Shown here: one piece after another, positions 26,489 through 36,380 of the stretch
How the letters are laid out: every line of letters begins with the position of its first letter
How positions within the stretch are numbered: the stretch's first letter is position 1
Assembly (NCBI GenBank): GCA_965153355.1
Contig: OZ231126.1
Location: 434,001 to 498,000 of the forward strand
Direction of reading: 5' to 3'
DNA length: 64,000 nucleotides
Source of the DNA: Flaccisagitta enflata
Lineage: Eukaryota
The notes under the pieces: generated by a model
Seen by the model: the letters and a program-made list of their open reading frames with translations, nothing else
The model's database searches: none
Told to the model about the DNA's origin: nothing
Program-made: the position numbers and the translations under genes

Positions 26489-26539
26489 AATTCACCATCA
26501 TCACCATCCTCATTCTCATCACCATCATCATCATCCCAA

Positions 26540-26597
<58 letters not shown>

Positions 26598-26634
26598 CAA
26601 TCATCGTCATCATCATCATCATCATCATCATTAA

Positions 26635-26687
<53 letters not shown>

Positions 26688-26688
26688 A

Positions 26689-26729
<41 letters not shown>

Positions 26730-26752
26730 CTATCATCATTTATATAATCATC

Positions 26753-26850
<98 letters not shown>

Positions 26851-26860
26851 TCATCATCAA

Positions 26861-26908
<48 letters not shown>

Positions 26909-26925
26909 AATTCACCATCCTCATC

Positions 26926-26970
<45 letters not shown>

Positions 26971-27032
26971 GTCATCATCATCATCATCATCATCATCATT
27001 ATCATCATCATCATCATCAGTCTCATCATCAT
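26281..27032. repeat. (ATC)n microsatellite, DNase intron 6
   Basis: Direct reading; source of poly-M/D/S ORFs. Confidence 0.95.
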
Positions 27033-27037
27033 CCCAC

Positions 27038-27166
27038 CTGCGATAATGACTTCCGTAGTGCCCCATTTGCTTTTGACTTTCCTATAAACGTCATAAAGAG
27101 CATCAATTTCCTTGACAGCTTCATCAGGGTCAGTGTGGCAAGCGATAACTGAAAAGTCTTTCACCA
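27038..27166 (-). CDS. DNase I-family, exon 6
   Basis: CAG|(V)VKDFSVIACHTDPDEAVKEIDALYDVYRKVKSKWGTTEVIIA(G)|GTGGG; His134 equivalent and EIDALYDVY motif. Confidence 0.93.
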
Positions 27167-27921
27167 CTGCAATGCAATAACAATGACATAACTAAAGCAG
27201 ATATTGATATTCTTCCAAGCTTCCAGGAAGCAGGAATATGGCTCTGAAAGATTCCGACAACCAGAATACAGTCTAAGATAGCAGACTTTTACAAAAATCA
27301 AGTAAATTTTTGTCAATTAATCTTAAAGATGGGAGAATTTGGGAAATACCAGTTTTAAGATTATTCAATAAAGAAAAGACTTGTGACAACAATTTGATTG
27401 CTCTTCAAAAGCATAACTTTATTTTTTTCTCATGCCATTGTGCATAATTTTCCGACTCTATCACCCTACTTCCGAGAAGCGGCGCTTCCCGCTTCTCCAC
27501 AATCTGTATGTCTGAACTAAAGATTCAAAATGAATAAATGAATGAATCAATGAATCAATGATTGAATGAATGAATGAATGAATGAATGAATGAATGAATG
27601 AATGAATGAATGAATGAATGAATGAATGAATGAATTAATGAATGAAACCGAAAATCAATTATTGAAACAAATGAAAAGAAATGAAATGAATAAATGAATG
27701 AAAGAAAGAGTGACCAAGTGAATGGATGAATGATTAAAATGAATGAATGCGTATACGATTGATTGTTGGTTTGAATAATTGATTGATAGATTGATCGAAC
27801 GAATGGATCTATGGATAATTTGGTAGACAGATCCTTGAATCAATGAAGGAATAGATAAATGAATAAATGAATGAATGATAAGAATGATCAGAATGATTAA
27901 AAAAAAGAAAGAATACCAAAC

Positions 27922-28328
27922 CTGTCGTCCTAGACTGAAATCTGACCACAAAAGGTTCCCTTTGAAACGTGTCAGTACAAATGGGCCGATCTTTCGCTGC
28001 ACTCGCTAAAGTCTCATTCTGCTGTTGCTGTTCCTGTTCCTGTTGCATCTCCGTCAGCTGTTGCTGCAGCTGCTGGAAGCTCATCACTTCGTCCAGCTCA
28101 ACGTTGGAAGGGTCGGTGGCATCCTCGTCGTCGACATCTTCGTCTTCATCCGCAGATGGCGTTGCATCTGCATCTTTATCTGCATCTGCTTCAGCTTGTG
28201 CTCTGAGTCTGGCTGCTTTTCTTTGAGCTTTTTTGTCTGCTGCTTGTTTTTGTTTTTCTGTGATGCAGTTTTTGACTTCTTCTCCGTCGTCAAAGTGGAA
28301 AGAGCCTTTGACGGTCAATAGACGGGTC
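27922..28328 (-). CDS. DNase I-family, exon 5 with large loop insertion
   Basis: CAG|(R)TRLLTVKGSFHFDDG...[~100 aa]...DTFQREPFVVRFQSRTT|GTTTG; phases 2 and 1 match the neighbouring exons. Confidence 0.88.
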
Positions 28329-28768
28329 CTGACAAATGACAATAATACGAATATGATATATCACTATGATTTCACAGCATAACAGGTGAGACTAATCATC
28401 ATCTTGACATGTTCACCATCGTCGAAGTGGAAAGAAGCCTTTGACGGTCAATAGACGGGACCTATGATAAAAACATTCAAGCGTTTGTGTTTGATGTTTG
28501 ATGTTTGATGTTTGATGTTTGATGTTTGATGTTTGATGCTTGATGTTTGATGTTTGATGTTTGATGCGCCAAACCATATCGATGTCTGTCTGTCGGTGTG
28601 TCTGTGTATCCGTCTGTCTGTTTGTCTTTCCATCAGTTGGTCCCTTGGTCCGTCACTCCCTTCATCTGTCCCTCCATTCCCCCGTCCGTCCGTCGGTCGT
28701 AAAAGTGATTCAGCAACTCCCTCAATAGCAGACTTGAACTCGTCGGATCTTGAAATGATGATCACAAA

Positions 28769-29014
28769 GGGCGTGTTTCTAGTGATGACAAAAACGCGTT
28801 TGTTCCCGTGGAACGCGATAACAGTGTGAACACATATCCAAGATTTTCCACTGTCCCACGAGGGAGTGAGCGAAGTGAGTGAGCGAGCCCGTGAACGGAG
28901 CGAGCGAGCGAAGCGAGCGTAGCAAAGCGGAGCGCTGCGGAGCGAGTGAGTGGAGTGAGCGGTGCGAGCGAATGAAGGTAGCGAGCGACCGATTGTCTCT
29001 GACTAGAAACGCCC
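28769..29014. mobile_element. MITE (same family as 25573-25798) in DNase intron 4
   Basis: gggcgtgtttctagt...actagaaacgccc inverted ends. Confidence 0.7.
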
Positions 29015-29031
29015 CCAAAGAAACTCATCAC

Positions 29032-29117
29032 CTGAAGAAGAAGCCGTATTGTTCTTTTGAAGATGTTCTTCCCAATCGATCGCTAACAATCATTTCATAC
29101 TTATCCGTTTCGTGACA
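29032..29117 (-). CDS. DNase I-family, exon 4
   Basis: TAG|CHETDKYEMIVSDRLGRTSSKEQYGFFF(R)|GTGAT; LGR..KE.Y motif (Glu78). Confidence 0.92.
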
Positions 29118-29334
29118 CTAAAGAAGGGAAATAAACAGTTTAAGAGATTTTGTTCCGCAGTATGTCTCACAGTCTGTTGGTCTGTCAGTCTGTGTGTCTG
29201 TGTGTATTTCTGCGTGTATGTCTGCCTTCACATTTGAGAGTGTTTTGTCCGATGGTTTCCATGGTATTGTCTTTCTATATGTCTTCCTAAGGGGCTGTCT
29301 TGTTGCGTGTCTGCCTCTCTCTGTGTCCTGTCTA

Positions 29335-29524
<190 letters not shown>

Positions 29525-29599
29525 CAAACGCAATCACAAACACAAACACAAACACAAACAAAAACACTCAAACACAAACAAACATAATCGAAAACTCAC

Positions 29600-29692
29600 T
29601 TTGCCATTTAAAACATTTAATAATTCCTGAGTCCATTTTTCTTCAGAATCACGAATTTCTTGAATGAGGATTAAATCGTAACGAAGGAGAAT
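29600..29692 (-). CDS. DNase I-family, exon 3
   Basis: CAG|ILLRYDLILIQEIRDSEEKWTQELLNVLNGK|GTGAGT; RYD...QEIRD (Glu39, Arg41). Confidence 0.93.
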
Positions 29693-29701
29693 CTGTAAGA
29701 T

Positions 29702-29769
<68 letters not shown>

Positions 29770-29837
29770 GCAACAACAACAACAACAACCAACAACAACA
29801 ACAACAACAACAATATCAACAACAACATGACAACTGC

Positions 29838-29940
<103 letters not shown>

Positions 29941-29974
29941 AAACAACAACAACAATAACAACAACAACAACAAT

Positions 29975-30033
<59 letters not shown>

Positions 30034-30775
30034 AAACAACAACGGAAGAGAATCTGTAAATTACGAATAATACAACAACAATCATGTAGAGCGCCTTTAG
30101 AAGCAAACATCACAGGTTGCTTGTAAAATTTTCATAACTGTGCCTATCGCGGGATTTGCCGCTTTTTAGTTGCGGACACGCAACTCTATAAGAGGCTTTG
30201 TCCGTCTGTCCATCCGTTGGTCCGTCCATCCGTCTGTCAGTCCGTGGTGATCAAGTTGGAAAGTGTGTGTGCCCCTGCCCACCCGTCCGCAACTGGTATT
30301 GGCCGTGTATCCGGCCTCGTTTCTCTATGTAAACAATATTAAATGAATGTGTTGAAAGTGGTGAATGAAATGAATATAAAAGAAAACACTATTGAATGTA
30401 ATGAATGTATTGAATGTATTGAATGTAATGAATGTAAAAGATGTGAAAGCAGTGAATGTAGTGAATGTAATCTATAGATATAAAAATTGGTAAAAACAAA
30501 TGGAAGCTAAATAGATTTGTACATGCTTCCAACCGTTCCCTCCAATTGAACTTTGAAACTCTATATCTCCACGATTTGAGAAGATTTACTCAATTGCTAT
30601 GCTTGTCCCTGCTTTTGCATGGGAAAGAAAATTTTACTCAATTTGGGTCTTTTAGTTTTAGGAAGAAGCTAAGATTCTTGGCAAAAACGCAAAGAGAAAA
30701 GGAAATAAAATCAGGATTCCACCGATATTCAGTTACTCTAAATCAACTTCAGTTTTCAGATATGCATTAAATCTT

Positions 30776-30893
30776 TTTAGGTGCGACAAAGCACCTCTAT
30801 AACTGGCTGTGTCCGTCGGTCGGTCGGTTGGTTGGTAACCCATTCGTTCGACGATCCAAACGTCGCACCTTATTGGCCTACTTGGCCTTGTTT
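30776..30893 (+). mobile_element. Short HINE-like element family D (representative)
   Basis: TTTT-AGGTGCGAC...(GGTC)n...GTCGCACCT + hairpin ggcctacttggcc-TTGTT; reversed copies at ~56346-56465, 58388-58540, 60802-60925, 61347-61472. Confidence 0.75.
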
Positions 30894-30944
30894 TTTCATA
30901 GATCAGGGTTAAACCCTACCCAAGGAACATTTGCCATCAAAGAA

Positions 30945-30977
<33 letters not shown>

Positions 30978-30984
30978 ACTTTCG

Positions 30985-31169
<185 letters not shown>

Positions 31170-31234
31170 ATTGCTATTGTTATTGTTATTGTTATTGTTG
31201 TTATTGTTATTGTTACTGTTATTGTTATTGTTAT

Positions 31235-31644
31235 TGTTTGGTCTGATATCGAAAATGTACTAAATAGCGCCCTTTCTATGTCCCTGTCTAGTTTGTCTAG
31301 GTCAAATAAAGCCGCAAACGTATTAGAATGGATCATCGAGGATAGATTCAATACTGCAAAAGAAATGAGTTACAGAGACACATGATTAAAACCTAGAAAA
31401 TCAGTCAATATGTCAATCAATCGGTCAAGCAATCGTCAATCAAACATACAATCAATCAAGCGTAACTAAATACACACCTTGTTTATGGCTGATAACGATT
31501 CGAGTTCATTAAAACAATTCATGTAAGTAAAATCGAAGAGCATTTCATTTAAGCGTCCTTTGGTGTACAATACGCGATACGAAGTGAATGTAAGGCTTTG
31601 TTGATCTTGCGCATCAGCATCGTCTTTCGAGACTGCACCGAACA
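31235..31644 (-). repeat. 3' LTR
   Basis: TGTTTGGT...ACCGAACA, matches 39500-39909. Confidence 0.97.
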
Positions 31645-32033
31645 CTCCGCCCGTCAAGCGATGTTGAGGTTGACAATCCTCGGTGCCATCCAGTGACAAT
31701 CCAAATTGTTGTCCTTGGTCCATTCGCCTTTGAGGATCCAGGATCATGTCACCAGGTCCCGCCAGGTTCATTCGTCATCCAAGCACCATCCGCCCGTATG
31801 CATGGTGCTGCTGTAGGTGACGTTCTACAGCGAGTGCCCCCGCCCGTATGGGAAGCACTGTCACGGGTGACGTTTCCGTGACTGGGGTTGTAACGGTATG
31901 ATCAGATTGGGATAAAGGGGGGTCAGTCCTGATGAATCAGTCCTGAGCTCTGGCTTGTTACATGTATCAAGTACTGCAAGAAGCCATAAAAATGAAAATT
32001 TTGGTTCCTCCGAACAAAAAGGGGAGAGTGTAC

Positions 32034-35000
32034 TCACATTGATGTGTGAGCCACTGCTTGTCTTTCAAGTTCTTCGCACTCAAGTTCTAAGGGGACTAGG
32101 TGTTGATGGTGTCTTTCAAACAGTTTGCCATCTGCGGTTTTCACCATGTACCTGCGGCCATGGGTTTCATCAGTTGAGATGTGGCGCTCTACCCAGGCAA
32201 TTCTCCACTCGTCTCTGGGTTGTTCATCAACCAAGAGAACAATTTGTCCAATGTAGAGTCGTGGCGTGGACTTCTTCCACTTTGTACGGGGCAACAGGGT
32301 CTGAAGATACTCCTTGTGCCATCTTTGCTTGAATTCGTCAGCGAGGCGGCGCACGTCTCGCCAGGCTGATCGAAGGAAATCGCCAGTTGTGGGGATTGGT
32401 GGAAGGATCGTGGTAGAAGAGTGGGTGATTGTGTAGGGATACAGAAAATTTGCTGGACACAAGACTTGCATGTCATTGACATCGGATGATGCATGGGTCA
32501 GTGGTCTTGAGTTGAGAATGGCAGACACTTGGATCAGTGCTGTCTCCAGGGTGTCGACATTCAAGTCATCTTTTTCCAGAATGAATTTGAGATGTCTCTT
32601 AGCTGATCTAACCAAGCGCTCCCACACTCCGCCAAAGTGAGGACAGTGTGGTGGGCCCCACTTCCACTCGATGCCTTTAAGCATGAGGGATTCTTGGATT
32701 TGTTCATTGTTCCAAGCTTTAACAGCTGCCTTGATGTCCTTTTCTGCGCCTTTAAAGTTGGTACCGTTGTCCGAGTACACGACTTCCAAACCAGGAAATA
32801 AGTTGTGAAATTTGATCAAAGCGTTGATCAACGTTGGGGTGGTCATGTCTTTCAGGGGTAGGAGGAAGACTGCTCTTGTGGCCAAACAGGTCACCAGGAG
32901 GACCCATCTTTTGTGGGTGGCCCTGCCGCCATGTTTGACCCCGAAGGGACCAAACACGTCTATGCCAGAGGCTCTAAAGGGCTTGACAAGAGTAACTCTT
33001 TCTAGGGGCAGGTCACCTTCTTTCTGTGGTCTGGGAGCTTTGTCGTGTTTCTGGCAAGCGACGCAGAAACGAAGAACGCCACTTACTGTTGTTCTACCAC
33101 CAAGAATGAAATACTTGGATCTGATGGCATGGAAAGTATGGTTCACTGTTGCGTGACCCACCTTAAAATGCTCATGTCTGATGAGTGCATTGACATTGCA
33201 GTCATCCTTGGGTAAGATTCTGGGGTATCTGGCATCAAAGGGGGTTGTCTCAGCATTTTGGAGTCTGCCACCAACTCTCAATACCAAGTCTTTGTCGAGA
33301 TATGGGTTGAGGCTGGTCAGACGGGAAACTTTTGACCTGAGCTCAGCATAGGCATTGGGGTTTGTCACTCCCATTTTCAGGAGAGTGGCAATCTCAGGTT
33401 CAAAGTGGTGGAGTTGGATGGCTCTGATGAGACATGTCTCTGCAGTTTGATACTGGGAGACAGTCACTGTCTGGTCGTGTTTCATATCTTTCAGGCTTTG
33501 ATTCTGGGCCTTTCTTTTCAGGAATTCAAGAAAGGTCCGAAACAGTTTCTGGGATCTGGCCACGAGTCTGACTTTTCGAGACCAGAGGTCGTGCTTTGCA
33601 GCTAAGGAAAGTATCCAGCTTTCATTCTGGGCTGGTATTTGCTCTTGACTTGTTGTTGCGTTAACTGCAATCAGTCTTTCGGGGGTGACATTGGCAAGGG
33701 TGCTGATTGCAGCAACATTGACAGTGATTGGTTGGGGTTCATTAGGCCAGACTGGGGGCCAGAACTCCTCTGGCATGGTTAGCCAATGCGGGCCATGCAG
33801 GAAGAACTGCCACTTGGGCAAGTCTGAATCATAGGCGCTAAGGCCATGAGAGCAAATATCAGCAGGGTTCTGCTTAGACGGTATGTGCCGCCAATCAGAG
33901 ACCTCAGTCAGTAGTCTGATCTTGCGAACTCTGAAGTTTTCAAAAGTGCGAAACTTTTTGTCAAGATCATAGATCCACTTCAGAACAGTGGCGCTGTCAG
34001 TGAACATGAATATCCTGTCGTAGTGTTCTCCAGATTGTTGGACAATCATGTCGCGGATGATGGCAGCAAGTCTTGCCGCATTTAGTTCCAATCTGGGCAT
34101 GGAATCTCCATGGTCTTCTTGGTTGGGGACTTTTCCTTTGTGCATAGCCGAAGGTACCACATGAGCCTTAGCAAAGACGAAGGACACATGGGCCTTTTCA
34201 CAACCTTCAAAGTATTCTCGCTTGTAGACGACAACACCGTAGCCTTCGAAACTCGCATCACACTTTACAATCAGGTCTACTTTGCGGTCAGGGCGTATAA
34301 ATTCAGGGATTGTGGTACATCTTGGGATGGTGATGTTTCTCAATCCTTCTAAAGAGTCCCACCATTCATTGAATGGTTCTGTGATGTCTTCAGGAAGGTC
34401 CTTGTTCCAGTCTAAGTTGGTTTCATTGGCTTTCTGAAGGAAAAGCTTTCCTTTCAAAACAAAAGGCGCTGCCAAACCAATGGGATCAAAGACACTTGCA
34501 ACAGCTTTGAGTATCCCTCTTCGTGTTGTGATCTTTTCTTTGTTCTTTCTGGATGTTCGCACAAATAGGGTATCGTTTGCACGATCATACCCAAGTCCCA
34601 ACACTTTGTCAGTGGTGACTGCAGGATTATTTGGCTTCAGAAACTGTTTTGTTTCAGCACTAAAGTCTTCATCAATGAGAGCTGCTTCAATTGATGCAAC
34701 ATCATTGGGCAGCTTTCCTTGGCTGATGAGGGTGTCAATAAGGTCAGGTGAGTCTGGTTCCTCAACTGACTCTTCGGCAACATCCAAAGGTGAATCAGAG
34801 TTCACCCTGGATTCTTCGATGGTGGTGTCCAAAGGGGGTATCTCAGAGGATTCTTTGGGGGCTTCATCATCTTCCAGTACTTCTGGGTGTGAAGAATCCC
34901 ACTTGGTAAGGCAAAAGCCTCCCTCAGCCAATGCTGCAGTGAGCTTTTTCCTCATCTCCTTGGCTTCTTCAACAGAGGGGAAGCTTGAGATGTAGTCGTC

Positions 35001-36380
35001 AACATAGAATGACAGGAGGATCTGCCAAAAGACCTCATCACCATATTTTTCTCGTATGCGATGGGCATGGTATCTAAGGGTAAAGTTGGCCACTGGAGGT
35101 GAGCTGGAAGCTCCAAAGATGTGGACCAAGCTTTCTATTTCGTCGATTTCCCTTAGAGATTCATCTTTGAAGAAGAGAAATCTAAACGCTGCTACATCTT
35201 CATCAGCGATGTGGATCATGTGGAAAAAGTTCTTGATATCAGCGCTTACAGCTACCTTGTGGCGCCGGAATCGCATGAGAACCCCAACCAAGCTGTTGAG
35301 TAGGTCTGGGCCTCCACAGAGTTGTCCGTTGAGATGGACACCTTTTACTTTGGATGCCGCGTCCTGACAAATCCTGAATTTACCAGGTTTGTCGGGACGG
35401 GTCACGATGTGGATGGGCATGTACCACTTGGGAAGACCATCCAAGTTTCTTTCAATGACCTTTCTAGCATGACCTTCACCCAGAGTCTCACGGATCTGTT
35501 TGAAGGTGCCCTCCATTCTGGCAGGGTCTTTTCTAAACTTGGGTATTTCTTTCATGAGTCGAGCATGGGCGTTGGCGAATGAGTCAACGTCACCAAGGGT
35601 CTTTGCAGCCTCTTCTCGGCCTTCTCGCCATGGGGGCTGTACTTTGTAATGTCCAAGAGTTTCATCGAACTCGATGGAGTTTTCCATCTGCTGGAGACTG
35701 AAATCGTCCATGGCAGAGGGGTGAATCTTTTCATGGGGTTGAATTTCATGACCTGACATAATGAAGTCATGTCTAAACATGGTGCGAATCTCTTGTTGGA
35801 GAGATCGACCTTGGACGTCTAACAAGCAAACCTCTGCCTCCATGACTGATCCTGAAGGAGAGGGGTCAATAGGGGGGCCAATTAGGGTCCATCCAAACTT
35901 TGTTTCAATTGCTATGGGGTCATCAATTGCGTTAAAGCGGTCTCTGCCGCGCGTCCAAGTCCAAGCAAAGCGCGCGTCCAAAATGACACCAATTGTGTCA
36001 TCATCTAATTCCTCAAAATGAACATCCTTCATGTAGGGGATATTTTCAATTTGGGAATTTCTAGGGGGTCTATCTCTCTCGGTGGTAAGAATGGTCCCAA
36101 CTAGGGCATTTTCCACCTCAAGAGTGAAGGATCTATCCAGTGGCAGGATTTTGAAGTTGGCAAAATCCCTGCTACTGCTCTCGCACTTATCGAATGTAGA
36201 TAACTTGCAAGGAAGTTCAAAGATTTTTCCATTGATGGAATCGAGGGTTTCTAAAAGAACTGCGCTTGACGTTGCTGCGCAGTCAAGCATGGCGTATGTG
36301 GTCCGTTCCGAGTCGCCCAATTTAATAATCACCGGGACGATCGGGCGAATCGCACCGGGGCCTCCATACGCCGCCGCCAG
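32034..36380 (-). CDS. pol: BEL/Pao pol polyprotein (aspartic protease, RT, RNase H, integrase)
   Basis: AMLDCAATSS (protease), ADIKNFFHMI and YVDD (RT), CDAS/PRLEL/FTDS (RNase H), H..H..CVAC plus GIDVFGP, SDNGTNF, GGVWERLV (integrase); open in the gag frame directly after the gag TGA. Confidence 0.95.
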   Translation of the reverse strand: MAAAYGGPGAIRPIVPVIIKLGDSERTTYAMLDCAATSSAVLLETLDSINGKIFELPCKLSTFDKCESSSRDFANFKILPLDRSFTLEVENALVGTILTTERDRPPRNSQIENIPYMKDVHFEELDDDTIGVILDARFAWTWTRGRDRFNAIDDPIAIETKFGWTLIGPPIDPSPSGSVMEAEVCLLDVQGRSLQQEIRTMFRHDFIMSGHEIQPHEKIHPSAMDDFSLQQMENSIEFDETLGHYKVQPPWREGREEAAKTLGDVDSFANAHARLMKEIPKFRKDPARMEGTFKQIRETLGEGHARKVIERNLDGLPKWYMPIHIVTRPDKPGKFRICQDAASKVKGVHLNGQLCGGPDLLNSLVGVLMRFRRHKVAVSADIKNFFHMIHIADEDVAAFRFLFFKDESLREIDEIESLVHIFGASSSPPVANFTLRYHAHRIREKYGDEVFWQILLSFYVDDYISSFPSVEEAKEMRKKLTAALAEGGFCLTKWDSSHPEVLEDDEAPKESSEIPPLDTTIEESRVNSDSPLDVAEESVEEPDSPDLIDTLISQGKLPNDVASIEAALIDEDFSAETKQFLKPNNPAVTTDKVLGLGYDRANDTLFVRTSRKNKEKITTRRGILKAVASVFDPIGLAAPFVLKGKLFLQKANETNLDWNKDLPEDITEPFNEWWDSLEGLRNITIPRCTTIPEFIRPDRKVDLIVKCDASFEGYGVVVYKREYFEGCEKAHVSFVFAKAHVVPSAMHKGKVPNQEDHGDSMPRLELNAARLAAIIRDMIVQQSGEHYDRIFMFTDSATVLKWIYDLDKKFRTFENFRVRKIRLLTEVSDWRHIPSKQNPADICSHGLSAYDSDLPKWQFFLHGPHWLTMPEEFWPPVWPNEPQPITVNVAAISTLANVTPERLIAVNATTSQEQIPAQNESWILSLAAKHDLWSRKVRLVARSQKLFRTFLEFLKRKAQNQSLKDMKHDQTVTVSQYQTAETCLIRAIQLHHFEPEIATLLKMGVTNPNAYAELRSKVSRLTSLNPYLDKDLVLRVGGRLQNAETTPFDARYPRILPKDDCNVNALIRHEHFKVGHATVNHTFHAIRSKYFILGGRTTVSGVLRFCVACQKHDKAPRPQKEGDLPLERVTLVKPFRASGIDVFGPFGVKHGGRATHKRWVLLVTCLATRAVFLLPLKDMTTPTLINALIKFHNLFPGLEVVYSDNGTNFKGAEKDIKAAVKAWNNEQIQESLMLKGIEWKWGPPHCPHFGGVWERLVRSAKRHLKFILEKDDLNVDTLETALIQVSAILNSRPLTHASSDVNDMQVLCPANFLYPYTITHSSTTILPPIPTTGDFLRSAWRDVRRLADEFKQRWHKEYLQTLLPRTKWKKSTPRLYIGQIVLLVDEQPRDEWRIAWVERHISTDETHGRRYMVKTADGKLFERHHQHLVPLELECEELERQAVAHTSM

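Noticed and set aside
26161..27032. Poly-Asp/Met/Ser ORFs, and other poly-L/T/V/C/HT/RE/IHSF ORFs across the window
   Set aside because: Simple microsatellites (ATC, AAC, CA, GA, TGAA) in introns or intergenic DNA.
31466..32033. env-like third ORF of the retrotransposon
   Set aside because: Only ~390 nt between pol and the 3' LTR; the 101-aa ORF runs into the LTR and has no signal or TM features.
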